DNA from: an uncultured Methanomicrobiales archaeon
GTDB lineage: Archaea > Halobacteriota > Methanomicrobia > Methanomicrobiales > Methanospirillaceae
Direction: 5' to 3'
NCBI GenBank assembly: GCA_963697895.1
Contig: OY969100.1
Span: 352,001 to 416,000 of the forward strand
Length of the DNA: 64,000 nt
In this document: one piece after another, positions 1 to 9,707 of the stretch
Layout of the letters: the number at the start of each line of letters is the position of its first letter
Numbering within the stretch: position 1 is the first letter of the stretch
The notes under the pieces: generated by a model
Told to the model about the DNA's origin: nothing
Database searches by the model: none
What the model saw: the letters and a program-made list of their open reading frames with translations, nothing else
Made by a program: the position numbers and the translations under genes

Positions 1-1033
1 CAGGGGTATTGGTCACCACGAGGGTAGCACCCCGGGAAAGCAGAGAAACTGCATCAGATTCCGGTTCCCACCCCATCTTGAAGGCGACGGTCAGCGGGTG
101 GAACCCGTCGATCACCTCATTGAGAAGTTTCGGGAAAGGCTCGAGTTGTATCGTGGCACGACCTCCACTCTTCAGCTTACCCTGCAGTCGTTCCGGCGCA
201 AAATCCGAGATAGCCGCCGAACTCACGTATATCTCAAATGCTTCATTCCGGAAAAGATCGAGCACAGCAGTCCGCATATCCCCGGCCGATGTAGCAGAAA
301 TATTCCTCACACAGGGGAACTTATCGCCATGGACAACCGTCACCTCGGCTCCGAGCCGGAACGCCTGGAGGGCAAGGGCTCTTCCCATCTGTCCGGTTGA
401 CCGTGTGGTGAGTACCCGCACATCATCAATGGGCTCCATGCACTTTCCACTCGTGATAAGCACCCGTATTTCAGCAAGGGGGTGGCCGAGAAGCGCCCGT
501 TCGCACTCCAGCACAATTCCTTCACTATCAGAAATTTTTGCTTTTCCCTCTTCAATTCGAGGCTCAACAACGGAAATACCCCAACTCATGAGGCGCTCGA
601 TCCCCGCGGTGACGGCAGGATGACGGTACATGCTTTCATGCATCGCCGGCACCAGGACGACCGGCATTCCCCTGCCTATCGCCGTCGTCGCGAAGGTGGT
701 CACCGGGGTATCGTCGATTCCTGCGGCGATCTTCCCGATGGTGTTTGCCGTGCAGGGCGCGATGAGGAGAAGGTCTGCCCCTCCACCCTCGCCACAATGG
801 GCGACATGCTCTACGAGACCGGATATCTGCGTGATAACCGGCCTCTCCGTCGCATATACGAGGGCGTCCGGGTGTATGATCCTGGTCGCCGCTCCGCTCA
901 TTACAACAGTGACCCCTGCCCCGCGTCGCCGGAGCATATGCACGATCCTGACCGTTTCGACAGCTGCGATGCTTCCCGTTACTCCGAGGACGATCTCTTT
1001 TCCTTCGAGCGTTCGGAGGTTGTTCACCGGCAT
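1..1033 (-). CDS. coaBC: Bifunctional phosphopantothenoylcysteine decarboxylase/synthetase (3' end runs off window)
   Basis: Not in the ORF track because it has no stop in the window. Manual minus-strand translation from ATG 1033: MPVNNLRTLEGKEIVLGVTGSIAAVE...LLIAPCTANTIGKIAAGIDDTPVTT...PAMHESMY...VLITSGKCMEPIDDVRVLTTRSTGQMG, which carries both CoaC and CoaB motifs. Confidence 0.93.
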   Translation of the reverse strand, partial: MPVNNLRTLEGKEIVLGVTGSIAAVETVRIVHMLRRRGAGVTVVMSGAATRIIHPDALVYATERPVITQISGLVEHVAHCGEGGGADLLLIAPCTANTIGKIAAGIDDTPVTTFATTAIGRGMPVVLVPAMHESMYRHPAVTAGIERLMSWGISVVEPRIEEGKAKISDSEGIVLECERALLGHPLAEIRVLITSGKCMEPIDDVRVLTTRSTGQMGRALALQAFRLGAEVTVVHGDKFPCVRNISATSAGDMRTAVLDLFRNEAFEIYVSSAAISDFAPERLQGKLKSGGRATIQLEPFPKLLNEVIDGFHPLTVAFKMGWEPESDAVSLLSRGATLVVTNTP

Positions 1034-1893
1034 CTCACATCCTGTACCCAGTGCCATATGCCTGGACCGTATTTTTTAACCTTTCGTATCGAAATTTCGG
1101 CCTTGTACCCTGCCTCGCAGATGATCGGATCGATAACCGGCGGCAGGTTTCCGGTGGTATGTACGTGGATCACGCTTCCCGAGCGGATATGTTCGAGGGC
1201 AACCGGAAGATACCTGACCGCCTCAAAGTGTCCCATCACGATCCGGTCATATGTTCCCGAGAGGAGATCGGCACAATCCCCATATGATGCAGTGACGCGA
1301 GATTCAACCCGGTTTGCCGGGATATTCTGTTCCAGGTACCTGAACGCGACCGGATTGATCTCCATCGCGTGAACATACGCACCTTTCATGGCGACAGGAA
1401 TGGTAAAGTATCCAATTCCTGCAAACATATCAGCGACCCGCTCACCCGGCGTGGTCAGCCGCTGCATGCGGACTTTTTCTTCACGGTTTCCTTGGGCAAA
1501 CATCACTCTGCAGGGGTTAAGGTGGAAGGTTATCCCCTGTTCCACGTGAACGGTCTCTCCCACACTTCCCGCCAGGAGCTCTGCATCAGGGATTCGCTCT
1601 GCTCCCCGGAACGATTTGATCCAGATAACTCCGCGGGGACGTCGCCATCTGATGATCCGATCTATCTCATCAGGAACCGGTTTTTTTCCATGCAGGACGG
1701 CAATATCTCCGATCATCTGAAAACCGCGCCCCTTATAGGGGCTGCGATCAGGGATAATCCGCTCACAGGGGTATTCATCCTTTACCGGAACGAACGCTTG
1801 CTCCCCTTCCACGTACGTGCGCCGACGGGTATCCGCCCACTCCTCGATCAGAATGTCTCCGAGCAATTTTCGCTCTACTACCCGGACACGCAT
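1024..1893 (-). CDS. taw2: Trm5/Tyw2-family SAM-dependent tRNA-modifying enzyme (Taw2-like aminocarboxypropyltransferase)
   Basis: VMFAQGNREEK, SAM motif DMFAGIGYF, EINP, DRIVMG, VKKYGPG. Confidence 0.75.
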   Translation of the reverse strand: MRVRVVERKLLGDILIEEWADTRRRTYVEGEQAFVPVKDEYPCERIIPDRSPYKGRGFQMIGDIAVLHGKKPVPDEIDRIIRWRRPRGVIWIKSFRGAERIPDAELLAGSVGETVHVEQGITFHLNPCRVMFAQGNREEKVRMQRLTTPGERVADMFAGIGYFTIPVAMKGAYVHAMEINPVAFRYLEQNIPANRVESRVTASYGDCADLLSGTYDRIVMGHFEAVRYLPVALEHIRSGSVIHVHTTGNLPPVIDPIICEAGYKAEISIRKVKKYGPGIWHWVQDVRCR

Positions 1894-1895
1894 GT

Positions 1896-2933
1896 CTAAT
1901 CCACCAGGATAAGGATATTTCCGTCCTTCAATACCTGCACCGTCTCTCCCGGGCCGATTTCGGACCGCTTTCCGACCGGAATCTCCCGGGTGATTCCGGT
2001 ATCCTGTTCGATAACCCCGATTATGTCCCCGTCCCGGAACGCAACGAGGGCCTGCTTGGCATCACGGGAATTCCCGATCACCCGGTTCACCTCTTCCAGA
2101 CGGGTGGTTCTGACCGTTCCACTCAGGAGATCGGTGTACCGGATACTTTGCTGATCGACCTGCATAACCTCCCCGTACCTCCCTTTAACCTCGATGATGT
2201 CTCCCCGGGAGAACCGCGGTAATCGCACCAAATAGGTGACCCGGTAAACCTGCCTTCCTGCCTTCTCACCGATGAGTTTCGGGTGGGTTGTAACCCTCCC
2301 TCCCAGTCTCCGGCAGATCGCAAGGGCAATTTCATGCCCTATATGCTGGGAACCAACGGTTATATCCAATCCATCCCGGGTCTCCTCGATCCTGACGATA
2401 AACGAGAGGCGTTCCCCGCCGGACTGCATCGCGTCTTCCAGCTCGGTCGCAATCCGTCCGGCTGTTTCCACTTCATGAAGGCTGGGTTTCCGTCCTGTAG
2501 CCCGGACCTGGACGACCCCTTCGTGGTAATTCCCGCTGATCCGGTTACAGCGGTCGCATTGTTCTTTCAGCCACGCAATCTCCACCTGACATTCCCCTTC
2601 CACCGGGATGCCATAGAGCAGCCCCTCAACGGTGACACGGGCGGACGACCGGTTTACGGTGTTCTCCCGGATAGCCATCCGGAGGGAAACCTGTTCCAGG
2701 TTCGGGTGGAGATACAGGCCTGTCCGCACTAGTTCCGGCCCGAGGGAATCCCGATCGAGGGTGGTATCGGTCCAGGTATTCCCGGATTTCTGTGCGCCGC
2801 ATACCGGACACCGGACACTGATCACCCGGGATTCCGATCGGAGCCAGGGAGTCTGCTCCACGCGGCATTGAGAGCATGTTCCCTCGTCTTTCACGGGTCT
2901 TCCGCAATGTGGACAGATCTGCTCGGTGATCAT
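1896..2933 (-). CDS. NMD3-family ribosome biogenesis protein
   Basis: Four CxxC pairs (CPHC, CSQC, CPVC, CDRC), SGNYHEGVVQVR, DGLDITVGS, and a C-terminal SH3/OB-like region. Confidence 0.88.
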   Translation of the reverse strand: MITEQICPHCGRPVKDEGTCSQCRVEQTPWLRSESRVISVRCPVCGAQKSGNTWTDTTLDRDSLGPELVRTGLYLHPNLEQVSLRMAIRENTVNRSSARVTVEGLLYGIPVEGECQVEIAWLKEQCDRCNRISGNYHEGVVQVRATGRKPSLHEVETAGRIATELEDAMQSGGERLSFIVRIEETRDGLDITVGSQHIGHEIALAICRRLGGRVTTHPKLIGEKAGRQVYRVTYLVRLPRFSRGDIIEVKGRYGEVMQVDQQSIRYTDLLSGTVRTTRLEEVNRVIGNSRDAKQALVAFRDGDIIGVIEQDTGITREIPVGKRSEIGPGETVQVLKDGNILILVD

Positions 2934-2937
2934 TACA

Positions 2938-3231
2938 TCAGAGCCTGAGGATCTGGGCGTGCGGTATCGTTCCGAGCATTATACAACCGGACTTATCGAT
3001 GAACCCTCGGGAGATTGCGAGCGTGATAACCCTCGGTCCCATGAGGTTTGCATTTTCCGCCCGTTCAAGCGCTGAGCAGACCTCTTCCGGAGTAGCCGGA
3101 CAGTTGCCGTAGAACTTTTCGGATACGCAGATATCGATATCACCATATTCTATGCGGGTATTCAGAAGTTCCCGATCACATGCGGCTACCACTTCATTGC
3201 CATCGGGTGTTCGGTGGATCTTTAAATACAT
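2938..3231 (-). CDS. DUF424 family protein
   Basis: MYLKIH..VVAACDRELL..FYG..ANLMG..IPHAQI pattern typical of archaeal DUF424. Confidence 0.85.
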   Translation of the reverse strand: MYLKIHRTPDGNEVVAACDRELLNTRIEYGDIDICVSEKFYGNCPATPEEVCSALERAENANLMGPRVITLAISRGFIDKSGCIMLGTIPHAQILRL

Positions 3232-3366
3232 CGATCATTATGGGAGGGTTGCGCTATTAAAAATATAAGCCGTGACACCCGGAACCGCCCGATCCCGAAG
3301 AATATCAGGATGTCAAAATTTCTATCCTCTCCGTATATGGCTTCTCCGGCTACGAGCAGGTCTGCC

Positions 3367-4194
3367 TCAAAGAACTATCTCGACCCCGTATACCTGTGCC
3401 GGGGTCTCGGTGTGGATCCGGTGTACATCTTCCTCCTCGATCATCTCCTCACCCAGCAGCCGAAGGGTAAACCGTGGAACCGATTTCGGACCGATTACAG
3501 CTCCTGGCCGGGAGAGTTCATCCATATAGTCGCTCTCCATCATGAACCTCCTTCCCGCACGACAGAGTTCAGGTATATCGGGATTCCTGGCGATGAGGGA
3601 GGGGACGAGAGGGGTTTCCCCCGATCCGTAATGCTTTACAACCCGATCCGGTGGCATGCCGGCTTGACGCGCGATCTCCGGTACATCCGCACAGGGGCCG
3701 GACTCGGCATGTATCTGAACTGCACAGTCGCACCGGCTACCAAGGGAGAATGCATGGCGGAGCACCTGATTCGATGCGTTCCATACGGGATCCGGCACCT
3801 CGTAATGGGGGCGTCCACTTTTAAGGGCGTACGCCGACCCTTCGCGGATGTAATCCGCAGCAATATCAAGTCCCCCCTTCATGATCATCACAGCATCCTC
3901 GAGGGACATGCTCTCAGACAGCTGGGTGAGCTCGGCTGGATGCACCCCGAGGATTGGAAAAACAACGAGGCCGATCTCGCGACAACTACACGCAATGTGG
4001 AGGGTTTCGTCAAATATCTGAATGTAATCCTCAGGTGAACGAGGAAGGATTCCGTGGGAACCGGCCGGTTTGTTAACCAGGAAGAGATGTGTGCCCCCGA
4101 CACGCTGAAAATCACGTGCCGCCTCGATACCCCGCCCGTTAACCGGGTCCAGGTGAATATGATCATCGGTGATCGGAAACGGAGGCGTCTTCAT
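3367..4194 (-). CDS. TatD-family metal-dependent hydrolase (archaeal type)
   Basis: DDHIH, GVHPAE, GRPHY, QIHAES, VKH, MESDYMD..RPGAV.GP motifs. Confidence 0.88.
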   Translation of the reverse strand: MKTPPFPITDDHIHLDPVNGRGIEAARDFQRVGGTHLFLVNKPAGSHGILPRSPEDYIQIFDETLHIACSCREIGLVVFPILGVHPAELTQLSESMSLEDAVMIMKGGLDIAADYIREGSAYALKSGRPHYEVPDPVWNASNQVLRHAFSLGSRCDCAVQIHAESGPCADVPEIARQAGMPPDRVVKHYGSGETPLVPSLIARNPDIPELCRAGRRFMMESDYMDELSRPGAVIGPKSVPRFTLRLLGEEMIEEEDVHRIHTETPAQVYGVEIVL

Positions 4195-4519
4195 CGCATT
4201 CCACGATCTCCATCAGAGGATATCCGCCGGCTCTGTGCAACCGCGCATGACAGGAGGCTGTTCCTACCCGTGTTCTGATCTCCACATCAAACATTAATCC
4301 CTGGACCTCTGAATACCCGAAGGCATTGGGATTCATCAGTCCTCTGTCGAGTCTCACCTTAATTTCCTCGACGAAAGGCTGCAAAATCACGCTTTTTTCG
4401 ATCGCCTGCTCGATCACCGGGGATATAGCCGGAGAGACCGGTGTGCCGACCCACTGATGATAGAGGGCGCCGAGTTTGATCGCCGCTTCAAATATTGCGC
4501 GATCCCGGTCGCTCGCCAT
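4163..4519 (-). CDS. mptD: Archaeal dihydroneopterin aldolase (methanopterin/folate precursor pathway)
   Basis: DRDRAIFEAAIKLGALYHQWVGTPVS, QPFV, FGYSE, YPLM. ATG 4519 preferred over TTG 4525. Confidence 0.85.
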   Translation of the reverse strand: MASDRDRAIFEAAIKLGALYHQWVGTPVSPAISPVIEQAIEKSVILQPFVEEIKVRLDRGLMNPNAFGYSEVQGLMFDVEIRTRVGTASCHARLHRAGGYPLMEIVECDEDASVSDHR

Positions 4520-4643
4520 GATCAAGGATAGGGGGTCACGGGTTATTAAAAGAGGATCCTTCAGATCCTCTCAAAGGAAAATATATTAAGGTGGGAGATG
4601 GAAGAGGTCGCTTTTCCGGTAAATTCCGGCCATTTCCGGGGAT

Positions 4644-6764
4644 CTAGAGAAGTTTAATATTTCCCGACTTTGGCTCCATCGCCTCACCACCCCGGCGGAG
4701 CATCTCCAGCACGTTGAGTATATCATCCCGGGAAAATCCGCGCTGGGCTATGAGACCGATCACATCGTCCACCTTCGCCCATCCGCTCGGATCGGCGATA
4801 TCCCGAATCACCTCCTTCGTGGTCCTGATCAGATCCCTTTTCCCCTTGGAGATCCCGGTGACGACTTTATCGATATCGAATGTTCCGGACTTTGCATCAT
4901 ACGCCACCTGTCGAAGGCAGGTATCGACGATATTGACCACCCGTTCTGCATCTGTCAGTTCGATCGTGTTGGAGAGCCGAATACGTGCACTTGCCTCTGC
5001 AAGCCTCACAAGAGCCTCCAACTGCCGTGCCGTTACCGGCACGGGTTTATTGGTATCTGCAAGGTCCCGGAGTTTCATATAGTAAGCGATGAGAGATTCC
5101 TTTGCCTCCGACGTGAGGCGCGGGAAACAGGTCCGTTTTGCAAATGCCACATATTTCCGGAAGAACTGGGGATCTATGTCCGGTGTCACGGGCTTTAATT
5201 GTTCCTTTATGAACTCATCCGTCACCCCGTGGATCGGGGAATGGGCATGCTGGACCATCAGCTCCCCAATTCCATGTGCCTTGAGGATGTGATCCGCGAT
5301 AGCGCTGTCACGCTTATGATCGGGACGATCCGTCATGATAAAGATAAGGTCGAACCGGGAGAGGAGTGAGGCTGGCATATTTATCTGGTCACCAATCGGC
5401 GCGAAATCATCAAACCTGCCATATTTGGGATTGGCTGCCCCGAGGAGGGCACACCGGGACTTGAGCGTCGCTGTAATGCCGGCTTTTGCCACACTGATGG
5501 ACTGCTGCTCCATCGCTTCATGGAGTGCACTCCGGTCCTCTTTATGCATCTTGTCCATCTCATCGACTGCAGCGATTCCCTTATCTGCCAGGACGAGCGC
5601 TCCTGCCTCCAGCGTCCATCGTCCATCCCCGAACTCATCCTTCACTGCCGTTGCGGTGAGGCCTGCGGATGTCGAGGATTGTCCACTCGTATAGATCGCC
5701 CGCGGTGAGAGCTTGACGACGTACCTGAGGAGCTGACTCTTCGCGATCCCCGGATCACCAATGAGGAGCACATGGATATCCCCACGAAGATGACTTCCGT
5801 CCGGCATTTCCTTGGCTATTCCTCCGAAGATCTGGAGTGCGATCGCTTCCTTAACGTCTTCGTTCCCGTAGATGGTCGGCGCAATCGAATGGACGATCTT
5901 CCGATAGACCTGCGGGTCTTTTGAAAGGTTCCGGATCTCTCCCTCATCCCTCTCGTTGATCTCCACCTCCTCAAATTCCTTCTCTGCGATCTCGATGGAA
6001 TTGCACTCCATATAGATGTCAAATATCGTGCTCTTGTCCCCGTGTGTGATCCTCTGAACAGACCGCAGTATCCCGTTCACGACGATACGATCTCCGGGAG
6101 CTACGATTCCGGTCAGGTCGTCTGTGACATCGACATCGATCGTCTGGGGCTGTTCTCCTCCGCGCAACCCTTCGGGCGATTCCTGAATCCGCAATTTCTG
6201 GGAATCAACAAACCGTGAACGCTTCGGCACAAGCTCGATCTTTTTAAAGGTGCATCCGTCTGTGGCACAACCGTCCGGCTCCTGGAATTTCCCGTATCCC
6301 TGTTTCTTCTCGGTAAAGTGACCGGCCGGGCAACGGAAGACCGCATGGACAACCCGCGGCCTTACTTCGGTCGTCTTTCGAAGGATGCCCTCAACGCTGA
6401 TGAACCGGTTGATGTCATCTGCCCGAATCTCGCGAATACCAGTCTTCCTTGGGAGATTGATGAACCGAATGTTGATGGTCGTCCCTTCTTTCTTATTCCG
6501 GGCCCTGAACAGCTGGTGGTTTTTGATGGCATTCTGCACATCCTCCAGCACTTTGCCCGGGTTTTCCAGGATTTCATCTGCTATCCGGGTTCCCGTCTTC
6601 CCGTAACTGACCACATCCCGATAGTCGATCGCGAGCGAACGCCTGAAAGGATACTCCCGCGTCAGCTCACCAAGTTGTTTTTTATACCGTGATTTGAGGA
6701 ATTTACTCCAGTCGGCATCCCGGTCCGTTATCTCCGGGTTTTCCGTTTCCTGCATTTCTCCCAT
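4644..6764 (-). CDS. mcm: MCM replicative helicase
   Basis: Walker A GDPGIAKSQ, Walker B variant AVDEMDKM, ALHEAMEQQ, SRFD arginine finger, TARQLE, C-terminal winged helix. No intein. Start at 6764 (after GAGG) or 6779. Confidence 0.98.
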   Translation of the reverse strand: MGEMQETENPEITDRDADWSKFLKSRYKKQLGELTREYPFRRSLAIDYRDVVSYGKTGTRIADEILENPGKVLEDVQNAIKNHQLFRARNKKEGTTINIRFINLPRKTGIREIRADDINRFISVEGILRKTTEVRPRVVHAVFRCPAGHFTEKKQGYGKFQEPDGCATDGCTFKKIELVPKRSRFVDSQKLRIQESPEGLRGGEQPQTIDVDVTDDLTGIVAPGDRIVVNGILRSVQRITHGDKSTIFDIYMECNSIEIAEKEFEEVEINERDEGEIRNLSKDPQVYRKIVHSIAPTIYGNEDVKEAIALQIFGGIAKEMPDGSHLRGDIHVLLIGDPGIAKSQLLRYVVKLSPRAIYTSGQSSTSAGLTATAVKDEFGDGRWTLEAGALVLADKGIAAVDEMDKMHKEDRSALHEAMEQQSISVAKAGITATLKSRCALLGAANPKYGRFDDFAPIGDQINMPASLLSRFDLIFIMTDRPDHKRDSAIADHILKAHGIGELMVQHAHSPIHGVTDEFIKEQLKPVTPDIDPQFFRKYVAFAKRTCFPRLTSEAKESLIAYYMKLRDLADTNKPVPVTARQLEALVRLAEASARIRLSNTIELTDAERVVNIVDTCLRQVAYDAKSGTFDIDKVVTGISKGKRDLIRTTKEVIRDIADPSGWAKVDDVIGLIAQRGFSRDDILNVLEMLRRGGEAMEPKSGNIKLL

Positions 6765-6775
6765 GTAACTTCCTC

Positions 6776-7748
6776 TCATTTACCGCTGCGCCGGGCGTGC
6801 ATCACGAACTGGGCAATCAGGGCTTCCATCTGGATCTCCGTGTCGGCGCCTTCGGAGAGGCGGAAATCGGTGACCCCGAGCCGGTCTATCAAAGCCACTT
6901 TTAAACCCTGATCCATGTCTCTTTTAACCAATGCGCGGTAACATTGGCTTATTAATTCCGGTGGGGCGATTCCCCGTTCGTTCAGCAGGCGATCCATTAC
7001 CATCTCAGCCCCGTCGAAATCGCCCGACAGGGAGAGAGCTGAGCAGCTCTTCGATCTCATCCGGCCGGGCACTCGATGTAATGGCATATACCCGCCCTGC
7101 ATCGATATCCGGGCTGATGATCGCTGCGCCCTGCAGGGCATTGATCGCCTTTCGCATGTCTCCCTGGGAGATGTACACGATCGCGTCGAGAGCTCCGTCG
7201 GTAAGATTCAAGCCCTCGCATTGAGCGATTCGGAGCATCTCTTTGATAACTGCATCCCTTCTCAGTGGTCTGAAACGATAAATTGCACACCGGCTCTGGA
7301 TGGGATCGATGATCTTCGAGGAATAGTTGCAGGAGAGAATGAACCGGCATGTCTGGGCAAAATTTTCCATGGTCCTTCGGAGGGCGGACTGTGCATCCGG
7401 GGTGAGCGCATCCGCCTCGTCGAGGAAGAGGATCTTGAAGCCTGCACCGCCAAGGGGGGAAGTCCGTGCGAACTGCTTGATCTGGTTCCGCACGACGTCA
7501 ATTCCCCGCTCGTCCGAAGCATTCAGTTCCCGAAAATTCAGGTGCCAGTTATCTTTGAAAAATTCCCGTGCAAGGGCTACTGCTGCGGTCGTCTTCCCGA
7601 CTCCGGCACTCCCGGTGAACAGAAGGTGCGGCAGACTCCCACTCCTGACATACGATGCGAGTCGCTCGATGATCTCTTCCTGCCCCACGATATCCGCCAG
7701 TTTCAGGGGCCGGTATTTCTCTATCCATATTGCCTGGCTCTCCTCCAT
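6776..7748 (-). CDS. rfcS: Replication factor C small subunit (apparent +1 frameshift at ~7040)
   Basis: [36 protein letters not shown] in ORF 7005-7748. The C-terminal domain (LSGDF...[19 protein letters not shown]) continues in the frame of ORF 6776-7141. Removing one base at ~7040 joins the two. Confidence 0.93.
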
Positions 7749-8172
7749 GAATGACCACTCCCTCTCCCAGTTAGATCATGATCTACAATGATGTAATCTA
7801 TTCTCTATATGATTCCCTCCCGCGTGGTGCGGAGGTGAAGAAGTGTGCCTTTATACTAGTAGCTATCCGTGGAAAGCGTTTCGTTAATCTTGAATCATCA
7901 TTTTCCAATCTCATCCCGGTGAATTCATTCTGGTGTGAACCGATGCCTGCACCACATTGCGCACCAGAGAGGAATATCTGTCTTCTATGAAGGAATGCAA
8001 GGTTTATTCCAGCCAAGGGAATGGATGGATGAGTGTTCACAAACAGAAGGGATATCACCTGATATGTCAAAAAAATACGGGTACATGCATTGCTTGCATC
8101 TGTGGATCGGTTCTCTTGGATCGGAGGAGATCAGCTAGGCGAAGCCAATATTAATAGGCCGCAGGGAAGGAG

Positions 8173-8946
8173 ATGGAAGCAGCAGCACGGGTATTTGCGG
8201 GCGAATTCAATCTGACCACGCTCGAGGTGGAAGCGAACGAGCCGGGCGACTCCACCGGGGTTATCACCCCGGGGGGATTGCACTGTACCCGTCTCTTCCT
8301 TTCAGGAGCCCTCATCTCGGTCGAGGGGAGTAAAGGTGAAGGGATGCATGCCCGGCTGGCAGACCCGACCGGGGTCTTTGGCATCTCCACGGACTGGCGT
8401 GATGACCATGTCTCTTCGATCCTTGCATATTTCACGCCTCCGGTCTTCGTTACCGCCATCGGCATGGCACGGCTATTCAGGCGGGGTGGAAAAGCCATCC
8501 CCGGGGTAACACTCTCTGAAATCAGGGAAGCAGGAAGAGATGTGAGGGACACCTGGGTGATCCATACCGCCGCCGACTCACTCATCCGACTCCGGGCATT
8601 GCAGGCAGCGGTAAGTGGCGGCCCCTCCCCGGGCGATATGAATCGGGTAATATCCCACTATCGGGTTGACCGACAGATGATACACTGTCTAGCCGGAATC
8701 GCAAGATCAGCACTTGATAAGGTGACTCCTATTTCCGGAGGAGCGATTTCACCGCGTGAAGACAGGGAAGTCATTTATGAGATCATCACCGCACAGAGCG
8801 GTCCGCGGGGGATTGCTGTGACCGACCTTATCTCACGCGCCGGAACAAAGGGTCTCGATGAAGCCGCCGTTACCCGGGTGCTCGAGGCACTGATACGGGA
8901 AGATGAATGTTACCAACCATCGCCGGGGATCATTAAGCTCTTATGA
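8173..8946 (+). CDS. RPA-associated/RPA32-like OB-fold protein with C-terminal winged helix (COG3390-like)
   Basis: AARVFAGEF, ITPGG..RLFLSG, ARLADPTGVF, RDTWV and C-terminal ECYQPSPGIIK. Confidence 0.75.
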   Translation: MEAAARVFAGEFNLTTLEVEANEPGDSTGVITPGGLHCTRLFLSGALISVEGSKGEGMHARLADPTGVFGISTDWRDDHVSSILAYFTPPVFVTAIGMARLFRRGGKAIPGVTLSEIREAGRDVRDTWVIHTAADSLIRLRALQAAVSGGPSPGDMNRVISHYRVDRQMIHCLAGIARSALDKVTPISGGAISPREDREVIYEIITAQSGPRGIAVTDLISRAGTKGLDEAAVTRVLEALIREDECYQPSPGIIKLL

Positions 8947-9707
8947 GACTCGAATTCATCGATTCCGGTCCGGCTCTGGTGGTCGAGGGAGATTCGAACC
9001 GTGTCCTGGTGGCCGCTGACCTGCACCTGGGAATCGAGGCAGACATGGCAGGTCATGGGCTGCATTTCCCGAGCGGGAGCTTCCGGAGGCAGGAGCGGCT
9101 CATCGGGTGTATCCGGGAGACAGATCCGGACCAGATCCTCCTCCTCGGGGATATAAAACACAGTATACCCGGGACAACGCGTCAGGAATACCGTGAGCTC
9201 CCGTCATTGATTGCCGCTCTCCGGCGGGAAGCCCCGATCCGGATAGCACCCGGAAATCATGACCCGGGGCTGGAACGGTTTCTCGATCCGGACGAACTGC
9301 TTCCCATGGATGGAGCACTTATCGATGATGTCGGGTATCTCCATGGTCATACCTATCCGGCCCAGGCACTTGCAGGACACCTTATCATAACAGGGCACCA
9401 TCATCCGCTGGTCTCACTCCGGGATGAAGTCGGATGTTCTCTCCGGGCCCCCGCATATCTTCTGGCGGATATTGCGGGTAAATGTTTCCGGACGGGGGCA
9501 TCCGGGGAGGAAAAAACGACCCGTGCGCTTTTCGTTCCTGCATTCAACGAGTATGCAGGTTATGACATCCTCCAGATCCTTGACAAACCATTCAGCCCGC
9601 TTTCCCGCTGTATTCAACGCGAGAGCGCGGAGATCTTCCTCGCCGACGGGACATTTGTCGGACCGATCTCAGTGGTGGAGACCCGTGAACCGCATCAGAC
9701 ATCTTGA
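8943..9707 (+). CDS. Calcineurin-like metallophosphoesterase (COG1407 type)
   Basis: DLHLG, GDIKH, GNHD, HGH, GHHHP, VPAFN. 4-nt overlap with the upstream gene. Confidence 0.9.
   Translation: MRLEFIDSGPALVVEGDSNRVLVAADLHLGIEADMAGHGLHFPSGSFRRQERLIGCIRETDPDQILLLGDIKHSIPGTTRQEYRELPSLIAALRREAPIRIAPGNHDPGLERFLDPDELLPMDGALIDDVGYLHGHTYPAQALAGHLIITGHHHPLVSLRDEVGCSLRAPAYLLADIAGKCFRTGASGEEKTTRALFVPAFNEYAGYDILQILDKPFSPLSRCIQRESAEIFLADGTFVGPISVVETREPHQTS

Noticed and set aside
9-1372. Long plus-strand ORFs (9-623, 482-1372, 630-1079) and similar antisense ORFs across the window, such as 3310-4038 and 50414-51454
   Set aside because: They are shadows of well-supported genes on the opposite strand and carry no recognisable motifs.
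4551-4571. Perfect inverted repeat AGAGGATC-N5-GATCCTCT between mcm and mptD
   Set aside because: Single occurrence. It could be a terminator or operator, but nothing distinguishes it from chance.
4644-7748. Inteins in MCM or RFC, which are common hosts
   Set aside because: Both proteins are of normal length with contiguous motifs.
7749-8172. 424-bp gap between rfcS and the OB-fold gene as a possible replication origin
   Set aside because: No cdc6/orc1 nearby, no repeated ORB-like boxes and no clear AT-rich unwinding element.
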